Assembly: GCA_043228905.1 (NCBI GenBank) | Contig: JBHGNT010000001.1 | Location: 18,352,001-18,416,000 of the forward strand | Source: Azolla caroliniana | Lineage: Eukaryota; Plantae; Polypodiophyta | Direction of reading: 5' to 3' | DNA length: 64,000 nt | Shown: positions 12,862-25,561 of the stretch, in pieces | Layout: each line of letters starts with the position of its first letter | Position numbering within the stretch: the stretch's first letter is position 1 | Made by a program: the position numbers and the translations under genes | Notes under the pieces: generated by a model | What the model was told of the DNA's origin: nothing | Database searches by the model: none | Seen by the model: only the letters and a program-made list of their open reading frames with translations

Positions 12862-13320
12862 GCGGCAAGCTCAACCGGATCAGGATCGGCATCTGGAAGG
12901 ATGAGCCGGATTAGTGAGCCGGTGAGCAAGTGGGCCGGTGAGTTGGGGAACCGGTTAGCCAAATCCATCAGTAACCGGAAGCCTAGTAGCAGTCGAGGCT
13001 ACTAGGTAGTTAATGTCTTGTAGTTCGTGTCAGACGTTTGTGTGAGCATTGAAGTACACCATACTTCTGTTAGTCCGTATGGACTTGTATAAAAGTGTTC
13101 ACTGAACACATACAATGTACAGAGTATTACAAAGAACTGTTATTTTTTAATAGAGACTTGTCTCTCTCTCTCTGTCTCTCCCAGGTATTGTGTATATTCA
13201 AGCTCTCCATTAAACCTGTGTATTTTCTGTGTTCGTTTTTCTATTGCTTCTGCACGCTATTCTTTACAAAAAAAAGCGAGGACAAAGGTCCTATAGCTAG
13301 GGTCAGCCGGAAGTGGAACG

Positions 13321-13588
13321 TGTTACCCCGTACGAGTTGTACGGAGAGTCAAGTGCGATGAGCGAGGGTCGAATATTATCATGATGATGTTGTATATGTG
13401 TAGGGAACATAAATGTAATTGTGCGTCGATATGTATGTGAACACATGCACACGTGTGTGCATGTGGAGGGATACGATGAGGTGTGAGTGAGTGTCCAATA
13501 TGAATGCTCTAGGGGGCTTACACCCCTTTGTATCTACCCCCTCTTGTACTATTTAACCCCTTTATGGGGAATGAATGAGGAAGGAATC

Positions 13589-13639
<51 letters not shown>

Positions 13640-13865
13640 CATCTCTCTTCCTATCTCTCTGCCTCAACGTTGAACCCCCTTGGGAGGGGGGTGGAGCCAT
13701 TCTAAGCACCACCCCCCACCCCACAATGCTTCTCAACGATTCTCAACATCTTCATGCCAATCTCTCTTACCATCATACTCTCCATTATCTTCGCTATTAC
13801 GCCATGTCTATCTTTGTCATTGATAATCCTCATCTTCCTTAACCCTAACCCTAAAACGTATAACA
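13321..13865. mobile_element. Solo LTR (545 bp)
   Basis: TGTTA...TAACA flanked by perfect 5-bp TSD GAACG (13316-13320, 13866-13870). Confidence 0.85.
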
Positions 13866-15494
13866 GAACGCTAGGGTACGAAGCATCGGCATTGAACTGC
13901 CCAACTAAATACGGTATTGGTGGAAATACATAGGGAGCTCACGTGGGTTACCATCGGTGCCAAAGATATGGTGGAGAAAAATAAAAATCAATGAAAAAAA
14001 ATAAAACTAACGCAACAACAATAGGAGAAGGCGCAACACAGAATCGTGGAGTTAGAGTGTGACACACAAGCATGGACGAAGCCGGCTCCCACCCTACCTT
14101 CCCATACACTAGAGATATAGACACTACAAGAAGAAGTCGAAGTGCAAAAGGCAATCACGGACAAGGAAAAACGCGCCATGGAGCGGGCCGAGATGGAAAT
14201 CGAATGACTCCAGTCCGAATTCCGGCAATCTTCGGATAGGGAGGCCGATATTTGGGCAAAAGGACGCAAGGCCGTAAAAGCACTTCAAGAAAAGCTGGAT
14301 GTCGAGAGCGCCACACATAAACAAACAATCGCCGAACTCAACTCACTACGCGAGGTGGCGCACAAGAAGCGAGTGTGGTACAATGAACAACTTGAAATTG
14401 AATGGCAGGTCACGTGAGACATCAAAACTCTCTTGAATAAGGAAATGGTCCGGATGGAGGAACTTCATGAGAAGGATTCACAAAATTGACAATCTCAAGA
14501 AATGTCTTGAGGACTTATAGGCACACACGCAGATAAGATTGAGCACATTCACATCCTCCTCCAAACAAAGCGAGAATGCTTTACAACCCAATTGCAAGCG
14601 GCCCTAAACAGAGGTTGGGCCGAATGGGTGGTGAAGGCTGTGGAGCTCCACACCTACAGGCCGGATGGGGAGAACCGCCTGAAGGAAGGGAAAGGCTACT
14701 AGAAGTTGAGTGAGGACAACATAGCCACAATCTGAGAGGTTCTTACGCAAGATTACCAATCCTTAGCCGATCACCACTCCGAGGAGATAATGCAGCTAAT
14801 GGAGGATTTTGGTGACAGCCAGATTGAGACCTCCCTCCAACTCCAAGCTATCGAAGCTGAACAACGGAAAGCAGAGGAGGCAAAAAGAGCAGTGGCCATC
14901 ATACTTCCGAACAACGACTCCGGAGAGCATAACATTCACAAGCCTACGCATGTGGACGATGAAGCCCCGGAAGCTACCACGAGATCGCAACCACCATAGC
15001 CCATACTAAGGGACTCCCACCACACCCTGGAAGTTACAACTGAAGAAGCAAATCGAGAGGAACCTTGGGGGAAACCCCGGGAGGATACCATGACACCACG
15101 ATCTCTGGAGCCAACACCAAGTGTTCCGTACCACACCCCCAAAGTCATGGACGAAGAAGCACGAGAGGCACCATGAGAGAGACCACGGGAAGAGCTACTA
15201 TAGGAGCATTCGATCGACGACCGACACAAGGAACGGACGCCGAGCAATGACCCCAGGAAGCGAGCACCACAATCTTGGACGCAAGCAGAGGCGTCAGAAT
15301 CAATGGAACCTGACCTCCACTCTAGTCCTACCCACACGGAACCAAGTTCACAACCGGAGTCTGGCACAACCGAGCCAATCAACGTTGCGGCGACTCCCGT
15401 CGAGACCAACATGAGCGATCGCCCTAAACCCAATATTCTCGATATTTTCGATGATGAATAAAGGGTTGATGTGGGTCCGACGTGCTAAGCACTC

Positions 15495-15510
15495 TCCCAC
15501 AGACATGCCA
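15495..15510 (-). promoter_or_regulatory. Decayed tRNA-Arg-type PBS, antisense to pol, at the PPT position of X
   Basis: + strand TCCCACAGACATGCCA-GG-TGTT aligns with I's GTCCCACGGGCGTGCCA-TG-TGTT; the three differences are G>A. Confidence 0.7.
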
Positions 15511-15512
15511 GG

Positions 15513-16392
15513 TGTTGTCCTCCTAAGTCGACCTAGTGGGAAAAGGTGGAAGAAAAGGAAGGCGTAAAGACAAAAACAACCGTAGTGTAATTATGAGGCC
15601 ATATGTACGGAATGAAGCGTTATGAACGCCTGTAATGGTTCACGCTCTAAGCATAACCAACCATGACTCTATATATTAAGGGCATGGGAAACTTGTATAA
15701 GCTAGTGTAATTTTTTTGGTAATCTCTGAAATATAGTAGTATTGTTCCAAATCCTTGTGTTTTTGTGTTCTCTTCGTTAGTGTATTCTCTCTACGAGAGA
15801 AATCGTGTAAGTGTGTCTATGTAAAGGAGGTCATTTGTAACCGTCTCCCTAATTCCGTTCCCCCTAAGCTTACGCGACGCTACGTATTACACTCACAGCC
15901 GGTATACACTCTCCATTTCCTGCACCTCAATCTTCTTGAGCCGTACCCAAGACTAAGGGTAGACCATGTTTACCCTAGCCGGTAACACGTGTATGAGTAT
16001 AAATACACCTAGGGCAAACGTTATAGGGGTGATGCAGAATAGAGCTTCTGTACTAGAGCGTAACAGAGTGAGATAGAAAGAGACGCGAGAGCGCGGGAGT
16101 GAGTTGTGGCATAGTTATGAGGAACTTGCCTAAAACCCCAAGTGGTATTTTTCCTATGAGTTATAGAGAGTTATAACCTATTTTTTGTCTCTTGTATTTT
16201 CTGCCTATAGTGAAGATCTTTTACCCATGGTTTTTCTCGTTGTTTAGAGTTTCCATGTAAACACTGTGTATTGTGTATTTTGTCTATCTTGTTGCTTTTT
16301 GTTTCTACGTTGTATACTTCAGCATATCTTTCAAAGATCTATGGTCTATTGCCCTACAGGAGCGAACCATGCCTCCGTTGGTCCCATCAACA
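15513..16392 (+). repeat. Probable X 3' LTR, interrupted by an insertion
   Basis: TGTTG...CAACA ends, TATA-like CTATATATTAAG at ~15668 followed by T-rich tract; same junction context as I's LTR. No partner LTR in window. Confidence 0.6.
15820..16336 (+). mobile_element. Possible copia-type solo LTR inside X 3' LTR
   Basis: TGTAAAG...CTTTCA ends, TATAAATA ~15998, GTTTCCATGTAAA motif like the copia LTRs here; TSD only imperfect (GTCTA/ATCTA). Confidence 0.4.
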
Positions 16393-17379
16393 GTGAACCC
16401 AACAGACCGACCTGGTGGGAACTTGTGGCGTAATGATGAGACTGTAGGCGTATGATGAGGCGGATCTGATTAAGGAAGTCGCGTAGTCGTGAACGTGTTC
16501 CATCGAACTTATCGGGAAGGCTGACCTTGGGTTCATAGTAGGGTTCTTGGTATGGTGACAGTGGGTTGAGTGTGGTGGTTGGGGTAACCGAGGATGTTGC
16601 AAACTAAAGCTCAAGTAAAGATTGATGAAGGGTAGCATTCTCGACTTCGAGTGGTTCCAAAGCTACGAGTATTTGAGGTACATGCTATTGAAAGGATTGG
16701 ACATGGCTTTCGATGTGTGGTTAATGAAGAGGGGGAGAGAGCGAAAAAGGAAGGTGAACAAACTGTTAAGGACAAAAGAAGAATGGAACTACAAGGACAC
16801 AATTGGCAAGCACAAAGAGAAAGTAGCATTAACTGGTGTTGTTCACCTTGAATTCATTCAAGGTGAACTCAACTATTTATACTAAGCGGCATGCGTACCT
16901 ATTGCATGTATGTGATCTACGCATGCATGTGCCGAGTGTAAATAATACAAGGGAGAAATTATGCCTCGGGGGCTTCACCTTGTATGATAGCACGTGAGTT
17001 CATCAAAAGGGGTTTAAATTAATCAGTGAGATACAAAATATATATATAAGGGTATTAATAAATATTTGAAAATATATTTACATAAGGGTATTATCAATTA
17101 TGCTGGAAACTTTTTTTTACATAAGTCCATGGAATATTATATATTTCAATGTGATAGTAACGAATATATTATGCAAAAAATACTCAAATTTGGAGACGAC
17201 ATGAGTTTATCACCGTCTGGACAATGACACCATTCATGACATCCAATTATTGTAATCCTTCTTGGCACTTTCAGCCTCCAAAATGATTGTTTCCCCCACC
17301 GATCACATAGAGTATAAAATCTTGTAAAAATGTTTACACTAATGACAAGATATCTTTTTAAAAAATAAAAAATAAAAAT

Positions 17380-17820
17380 TGGAGTAGCATATATACATAC
17401 ATATACATGCATGCATGCATCCATATATACCTACATTCAAACATTACATCCATGAATATGTATATACATACATTACACACATTTATACATGTATACTAAC
17501 TAAACATAAATATATGTACAAACATATATTACCATATGTAGATATGTACGTACACATACATTACATACTACATACATATTAGAATCGACCATATATATTG
17601 ACATACATATATACAAAATACATACATAAAAATTACATATTACATATATACATACAAAACACAAAAAAATAAATTACATATTATAATATACACATACACA
17701 TAATATTAATATCGAAGATTACATATTATATGTATACAAATCTTCATACTTACAAACAAGTATACACATGCGCACACACATAAATAAATTAGATATTACA
17801 TAGCATATAATTCATACCTA
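17380..17820. repeat. AT-rich degenerate (TACA/TA)n low-complexity tract
   Basis: Repeated ATACAT/TATATA motifs. Confidence 0.75.
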
Positions 17821-17821
17821 T

Positions 17822-20352
17822 TGTCACGGATGAACAATTGGAAGACAAAGAGATGGGTAAGTTGATGAGATAGGGAGATGGATAAGTTGATGACAATGGG
17901 TACGAATATCTATTCCATGACTGGTGTTGATCTCCTTGATGTTAACAAGGGAGATCAACCCTTTTTATACATATAGTGATGCATGATAAGCATGCTCATG
18001 CCAATTCATACATAGTATAATATTAAGCATATTGATTCTTGCATGCCAAGTCTTACATACTGAGTCTTACATACTAAGTCTTACATACCACTCTTTATAC
18101 AAAGGTTTAAAGTCTAAAGTCTTTCTAGGAGAAATATATATATATGAGGACCTAAGGCTTGAATTCAACTCGACGTTTTTTTTTTTTTTTTTTTTTTCCA
18201 TAAAAATATGCTCCATTGGTATTAAAATTAACAATGCCAAAGGCAATGTACAAATTGTACATAATAGTTTCCACTCCATAAGTATATATCGTAAAAAAAG
18301 GGACCAAATAATGATGGCATTTGTTATGGCTCTTTAGAATTCAACTCGATGTTCATGACATTATCCTCCCCTTAAGCACCGACTTCAAGAAGGTGTAGGT
18401 TTGTGAGGATATTGGATATGAAAATCATGAGCCACATCTGGGGCATTGAGTAAATTTTTTGCAGGCTCCCATGTGGCCTCAGAAATGGGATATCCTTTCC
18501 ACAAGACTAGATACTGGAGATTTCGTCGGCTCTTGCACAAGTCTAGAATGGTCTCGACTTCATACTCATCCCCGATTGCCAATACCATAGGGGGTGGCGG
18601 CTCAACGCTTCTTCCTGGAATTGAGGATGGATGGTAGAGCTCAAGAAGAGATGCATGGAAGACATTGTGAATTCGGTAGTGTGATGGAAGAGCAAGACGG
18701 AAAGCTACGGGGTTGACTTTGTCAACAATTTGGAACGGACCCAATCTTTTGTAATCAAGTTTGTTGCATGGACGAGTAGTCGGAATATGCCATCGTAATA
18801 GCCAGACTATGTCGCCGACTTTAAAACTAGGTGCATCCCGCCGATGTCGATCAACCTTCTCTTTGTGTCGTTCCTGAGCAATAGAGAGTTTGAGGGATAG
18901 GTCACGGTGCACTTCTTTCATCAGACGAGCTCGTTCTTCAGCAGATGGATTGACAGAACCGGTAGGGATAGCTATGTTAAAGCGTGGATGGAACCGCGAT
19001 CAGAGATAATGTCATCCGGTAAACCGTGAAGGCACACCATATTTGTTAATAATAGATCTGTTGTTTCCATCCCTGAAATTGCCTTAGCACATGGAATAAA
19101 GTGTGCCATCTTTGTGAATATGTCAACCACCACCAATATTGAATTGAATCCATCAATGTCTAGAAGGTCAGTGATAAACTCCGTCGAGATGGAGGCCCAT
19201 GGCCTATTTCGATTTGGCAAAGGTTGAAGTAGACCGTAGGGACGATGATGTACTGCTTTGGCGTGGGCACATGTATCACATGTTTTCACGAATTCTTTAA
19301 CAAGTTTCCAAGGTTGTGGCCACCAATAACTTCTAGATATTAATTCCAAAGTTTTTGCAACGCCAAAATGTCTAGCTAGGGAATCATCATGGCATTCCTT
19401 CACGATACGGATATGGCAACGACCATCTCAGACATACATTAAGTTGTACCGAAAAAGAAAACCATCCCGAAACATAAATTGGTTATCAATATTCCGTACC
19501 TCGCCTTTGGATGAGTTGTTGAGATTCTCCCTAATCTCTTGTGCAAATTTGTCGGTGGCAGTATTTGTGGCTATGGCATTGAGTAATGATTCATCCACCA
19601 CCATATATAAGTTGCACAGAGTTGAAATTGATGTGGCTGTAGGAGACAATGTGATTGTTGATTGTAGGTTGCATCCCCTGGCCAAATTTCGAATTCCGAA
19701 CATCGAGATAACGCATTGGCTTTACCATGTTGAGCACTTGGATGAAAAACAATTTCAAAGTCATAATCGGCCAGGAAGGTCAACCATTGCGCTTGCCTTC
19801 AATTCAAAATGTGAGTATTGGTGAAGTAGACAAGGTTCTTGTGATCGGTCACCACTTGGATACGGTGTTGGGCGCCCGCCAAGTAAGGACGCCATTCTTC
19901 AAAGGTGGAAATAATGGCAGAGAGTTCTTTGTCGTAAATTGGGTAGTTGATCTCGAGGGGTGTGAACTTCCTGGAATAAAAGGAAACAAGATGAAGGAAC
20001 CCTTTTTTATCTGATTGAGAGAGAATGGCACCAATGGCAAAGTCAGAGGCATCAGTTTCGACTGTAAATGGTTTGGTTAGATCTGGATGAAAAAGTACCG
20101 GAGCCGAGGTAAAAGCTTTCTTTAGTCTCTCGAATGCCAGTTAGGTTGTTGGAGTCCAGCAAAAAGGGGAATCCTTTTGATTGAGTGCTATAAGAGGTTG
20201 CACTAGAGTAGAGAATCCTTGGATGAATCGACAATAGAAGTTGGCAAAACCCAGAAATGATTGCACATCCTTGACCTTGGTGGGGACTTCCCACTCTTGA
20301 ACTGTTGCGACTTTCTTCTTGTCCATAGTGAGACCATCAAATGAAATGACGT
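17822..20352 (-). mobile_element. Element E: 3' half of a chromovirus (Tcn1-like) gypsy element: RT end, RH, INT, chromodomain, PPT, 3' LTR 17822-18360
   Basis: DVQSFLGFANFYCRFI; HFGVAKTLELISRSYWWP; KLDYKRLGPF; chromodomain EYEVETIL...YLVLWKGYPISEATWEP; PPT AAGGGGAGGA then TGTCA...TGACA. Confidence 0.9.
18161..18353 (-). mobile_element. Short poly(A)-tailed retroposed insertion with 17-bp TSD
   Basis: GAATTCAACTCGA(C/T)GTT at 18161-18177 and 18337-18353 flanks a T22 run plus ~140 bp of unique sequence. Confidence 0.8.
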
Positions 20353-23300
20353 TGTCGCATTGTTATGCGTGTGCATGGAGAACGAGATGGGACCACGGGG
20401 GCCTTGGACCGAGAAATAACCGAATGAGAAGAGGAGAAGGATATTGCCGATGTACTTCACACGCGCACAGACACACAGATTCACAGAAGTTACAACTAGC
20501 TCTGAACAACAGAGACAGAATGAATGTATATGTATATATATATCAATGAGTTACAACCGGCAAGCCAGCGAGTGATAGGCTCCGACGCCTGCACACACAC
20601 ACACACACACAAAACGCGAGATGGAGACTTTGCCGGAAGCATTTGGGCGTTCCGCGGAGCAGAGTTAGCCTCCCGAAAACCTGCACAGAACGACTATGGA
20701 GAAGACAGAGGAGAAGAGCTCGGTTCCAGTTCGGTAGCACTTCGTCCTCTACAAAAACGCGATACATTTTCAATACCTCTCCCTCTCTTTTATAGCCCAA
20801 GGAGGGAGGCGGTTACCACCCGTTACATCATGTTTATTCCCTGTCCTCAATTTTCTCCCTAATGAATGCGGGCTACCTAGGATTTCACCTCAACCGATTT
20901 ATACCTACCTACGTACTATACAACAAAACTTGTGCCCACCTATAAGGGCCGGTTTACGCACGTTATACCTGGTTTCCGCCTAGGGACGGTTCTCTCCATG
21001 ACATCCGCCCCCACCTAACCGCGCATCCACCGGTATGCGCCAAAATTAGACTCTTGCCGGAGAAGACTGGCCCACGTTTATCCTTTGTCTTCTGGATCGA
21101 CATCCATTCCAAGCCGGTCGTTGTCGCTATCCAGGTCGTTCGGGCCCGGTTCAGCCTCGTGCCGTTTTTTGAATGCTTTGATCCTCTTCCCCGTCACCGG
21201 TACCACCATTCTTGCCCCGTCGAGCTCCACGAGATGGTAGGTCCCATTGTCGTTGGCACTTGTCACCACATAAGGCCCGAACCACCTTCTTGCAAACTTC
21301 CGCATTGCCATGTCCTGGTTGTCGAGGTTGTTGTCATACACTAGAACCCAGTCGCCTTCCTCGATCTTCTTTGGTCTCAGTCGGTGAGTCCGGTCAAACC
21401 ATCCTTTGTTCTTTACCCTCGCCACCCGTAGCTTCTTCGCGACTTGGTCCACGTCCTCTGGTCTTCTCTCCAGTTGCCGAATCCGTGCCGCTAACAACTC
21501 CTCCCGGCTCATCTCGTCGTTCCAGTCCACCGTGGCCCATGAGGAGATTGTCTACTCCGTTGGCATGATTGGCTTCTGCCCGTACGTTAGCTCTGCCGCC
21601 ATGAACCCGGTTACCGAACTGTGCGTAGTTTGGTCCGCCCACAACGCATAGGGTAAGAGCCGCGGCCAGTTCCTGACTTGGCCTCCACACGCCTGTACTA
21701 ACGCTTTGACGATCGGCCCGTGTCCGCGTTCCACCTTCCCCTTAGCCTCCAGATTGTACGCTGTGGTGAGCGAGAGTTTAATCCCTAGCCGGTCAAACAG
21801 TTCTTCCGCCTCTTGTGCGTCTAATTCTCTGTGATCGGCCACGATCTTACCTACGCAACCGTATCGGCATACCACTTCTTCGATCAGAAATCGGCACACG
21901 GCCGCGGTCATTTTGTTCTACAATGCTCGTCCTTCCACCTGGTTCATCAGGTCCTCCCGAGCCAGCACCAGATACCGCATCTGCCCTACCCCCATCAACA
22001 TCATCACCAGATCCACCATCCACTTAAAGTGGACGGTCGGAGGGTAGGTCGGGTGAAGCTCGTCCCGATGTGGGACTATGGAGTGCACCTAACAACTTTC
22101 GCAAGTCATCACGAACCGATGCACGTCCCGTTATAGTCCCAGCAACCAGTACTTCCCCTTTAGCTTCTCAAATGTGGCCCAGGGACTCTCGTGGTATGCC
22201 GTCAACAATTCTTCCTGTTCCTCTTTCTTCACCACCAATCGGAGCGGGATGTCTTTTCTTTCCTTCGGGTGCCTCCATATGCTCCCGTCCCGTAGGAAGA
22301 ATCGGTATGCTTTCTTCCGAATCCGGTTGGTCTCTTCCTTCGTCCACGCTGCGTCCAGTGTCATTGTCATTAGGAACCCGTTGATCTGGAGCCACTCCTC
22401 GTCGTACTTGCTCTCGTTGAATTCGTTAAGCGCCGGAGTGCTCCCCTTTCTTGTTGTTACGTAAGCCGCCTCAAAGAAGTCCACGCCGACTTCCTCGTCC
22501 TCTGAAACCATACCGTCCTCGTCATCGAACCTCGCTCTCGAAAGCATGTCGACCATGGCATTGTCCTTTCTGGAAATGTGTCGTATTTCCGGATTTAGGG
22601 ACTTGATGTACGCTATCCACCTGAGCATTGCCAGGTCTGGCGTAGCTCATCCGAAAACCATGCTGAGAATCGGTAGGTAGTCCGTCTCGATTATCACCTC
22701 TGTCCCGATCAAGTAGTCTTTATCGGCCTTGACCGTCAAAACGATACCCTAGAGTTCGTGTTTAACCTGAGCGTATCCTCGTTGTTGCTCACTGAGGACT
22801 TTCGCGCCGAACCGGATGGGCAACCTCGCGCCATCGTCATCCTCTTGGTTAATCACCCATCCGATCACGGTCGGACTCGTGTCTACCATCACGTAAATCA
22901 GAGTGTCTTTGCTGTAGACAACCTTTCAGAGCGCCAGTACCATGGCAAGCGCTTCTTTCATCTTCCAGACCGACTCTGTATGCTCGTCTCTCCACTTGAA
23001 TTTACGCCCTTTCTTCAACAACCCATAGAGTGGCTCCGCGACGTGGGCGTAATGCGGGATCCAGATATGGTAGAACGCACATGCTCCCAGAAATCTCCGA
23101 ACCTCCGTAACCGAATTGCAGTCTTGCTTCATCGCGGAGATGGCCTCCACCTTGGCCGGAGACGGTTTCCGACCGTATGGCCCGCATAGGTGTCCGACGA
23201 CCATGATCTCCGATTGCTCGAAGGCCAATTTTTCCCCGAAGAAGGTGTGCCTCGCGCCTTCTAGTCTTTGCAATACCTTCTCGTAGTCATCGACGTGATC

Positions 23301-25416
23301 CGCCACGAATTTCCGACATCCGTCTGGTCCGATCGTCTCGTCTTTTTCCTCCACTGGGCATCCTTTGATCGGGATGTCATCTAATAATGGCATGGTGATG
23401 CCCGGGATACAATCCCTCAACACTTTGTTCATTGCGTTCACCATGTGGGCTACCGAGTTCGTCCCTCCTTGCGGGAGGGTACACATCCGCACTAGGCCGA
23501 GAGGAGTCCGCATCGTCGTAATGTCCCTGCTCTCCATGGCTTGTTGGAACTGATCGTACCCCGAGTACAGATCACCGACTGAGTAAATAGACCTTCCGGC
23601 GAAGGCCTCCGCGAACTCGTCTATGGTCGGTCTGATTCCTGCGTTTCGAATGGTCACTTTGTATACCGGATGCAGGTCTTGAATAAAGCGCAACGTGCCA
23701 TTCTTCTTTGGCATGGTAAACCACAGATTTGAGTATGGGGCACTCGACGGTTCGAGGATGCCCATCTCCACCTTTTGTTTCAACAGCTCCATCAACTTCG
23801 AGATGTGAGCTCTAGGTACCGGAATCGGTTTGAGATTCCACGGCACATGCGGTACCGTGAAGATCACCATTGGTTCAACAACCATCGGTTCTACGCACCC
23901 GATCTCCTCCAGTGAGAATGTGAAAGCCTTCCTATGCCTCCCGAGCATTTTCCGAAACCGGTCCTCTTACGCTGGCAGTAGAAAGCCACCCCCACCGATC
24001 TTCAGTGCCCGTAGCGTTATGTTGGTGAACGTGTGTCCTATGCTGGCCGGATCTCATAAACTTGGGTCCGACGCGACCTTCTTTATCTATAACTTGTTGC
24101 CCTCCGGCAAGGGTGCTGCGACTGGCCTCAACTTCCGGTCCACAGTCTTGTACTTTGTATCCACTCGGACTGTCCGATCCGACTCGAGTCCATTACGGAA
24201 GTCGGCGATGACTTCGTACATCTTTTCCGAACTTACCAGAATTGTCTGGTCCTCATTAAGGCCTTCTCCGAACACCTCCCGTAACTTCCCTAAGGTGTTG
24301 TCGAAAGAGACCGACTACACGGTTCCGTTGATTTCCTCTTTAGGGCCGAGGACTCCGCATGCCCGAAGTCGCTCCTCCGCCAGCTTCTTTTCCCGGCCAA
24401 CTATGCAGGATATCCTACAGCCTCCGCTATCGGAGAACCAAAATTTCCTACCTATGGTACAGGTCTTTTCGCCTATAGTACATCTATGGGGTTTTTCTGG
24501 GCTGTCCGAACTATCGCGGCCCCACGCCTTGATAGCCCTCTCTAAAAATCCCCTCGGTTCTCACCACCGAGGGTCTCGCGGTTACGCTCATGGTTCGGTC
24601 TCACCGTTAGGAACTGGACTGAGTGACGCCCATCCTGGCGCTTGACTCGTGCATATGCCGAACCGTTGTCCAGCACCTTTGTCTCCATCCATCCCACCAT
24701 GATGTACGGTTCCCCGAGTATAACCTGATGCGACGACGTCTCCTACACGAAGAAGTGTTGATCGATCTCGACATCGCCGATTTTCACTCGTACATTCGGG
24801 CAGGCTCCATGCAGCTCTTCTGTGGCGCGCGTTGTCGTGAAGAAAACCGGGCATAGGCGGAATCGGAGAAAAAGGCGCATGAACCGGCTCTTACACGGAT
24901 GGGCGCATATTTTGATATTTTGATATTTTGTACATGATTCATAAATGGATCGACTAATGTAAATACTAAGTAGCACACATTTATTAGGAGGGATTGTGCG
25001 TATCTTTGTCAGAAGGGACAAGGAATAAAGTGATTTGACTAGGGAAAGAGGGGCACCCCCTTTTGAGAACTATTTAAGGAGAGGAGAGAGGGGAGAAAAG
25101 GAATCGCACGTTGGCTAGGACGAAGTGCTGCTGTAGAACCGAGTGTTGAGCTCTACGGGTGTTGGGAGTTCGCTGTGTTTGCTTCCTGGACAGCCCATGT
25201 GCTTCCAACAGAGTCTCTCTCTCCCCTTTTCCCCTTTGTTTCTTCGAGTCATGTGGCTATCGCCAGTGTGCGTCAGTAGGACCCCGTGTCGGGTCCATTA
25301 CCGGGTTGCCGATTGTAACCGTTCGAGTTGTAAGCTATTGACTATAGTAACCGGATTCCTGTTTTCTTGCTCTGGATCTCTTCCTGTGAGCTTGCATCTC
25401 TCTGTCTCTCTCTGTC

Positions 25417-25456
<40 letters not shown>

Positions 25457-25521
25457 CTTGGTCCCAGACCCCCGTGGTCCCGCCTCTTTCTACGCACACG
25501 CGCGTAACAACGCGACATATT

Positions 25522-25539
25522 TGGTGAACCCGACGTGAA
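25522..25539 (+). promoter_or_regulatory. PBS complementary to tRNA-Trp
   Basis: TGGTGAACCCGACGTGAA is the reverse complement of the plant tRNA-Trp 3' end TTCACGTCGGGTTCACCA (tRNA sequence recalled from memory). Confidence 0.88.
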
Positions 25540-25561
25540 AGGGCGGCAAAGGAGTTGAAAG

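Larger units (their letters stand above)
9526..13268 (+). mobile_element. Element B: internally deleted Ty1/copia element (second family)
   Basis: LTRs 9526-9964 and 12856-13268 (TGTTGAGCGG...TTTACA), degenerate PBS TCGTACCAGAGC 9965-9976, PPT TTGAGGGGGAG, near-TSD AACAA/AAAAA. Gag and RNase H present; PR, INT core and RT deleted. Confidence 0.9.
8390..15461 (+). pseudogene. X additional 3' ORF (degenerate; split by B and a solo LTR); start approximate
   Basis: LECYFGE*SISANYAYRAKDVLDPF (~8680) and IATFEGQAIDWGVI (~8845) are homologous to the ORF in element I. A coiled-coil-like region lies at 14100-14900. Ends NILDIFDDE* at 15461. Confidence 0.7.
1..16392 (+). mobile_element. Element X: degenerate Ty3/gypsy non-chromovirus LTR retrotransposon (5' part outside window): RT-RH-INT, 3' extra ORF, 3' LTR; interrupted by A, B and solo LTRs
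   Basis: RT remnant (FMQVFLDE ~280-310), RNase H (FHVFVDASDIAIG). Integrase NDQGSHF...NGLAESMNKT continues after element A as VLKEIVND...WAYHTSFKT...KLRFKWTGPY. Right end inferred from TGTTG (15513) ... CAACA (16392). Confidence 0.8.

Noticed and set aside
13839-13856. Interstitial telomere (CCCTAACCCTAAA)
   Set aside because: Only 2-3 imperfect units inside a solo LTR; at most a telo-box-like motif.
16393-17000. Possible host gene exon(s)
   Set aside because: Short ORFs with no recognisable motif or splice structure; left unannotated.
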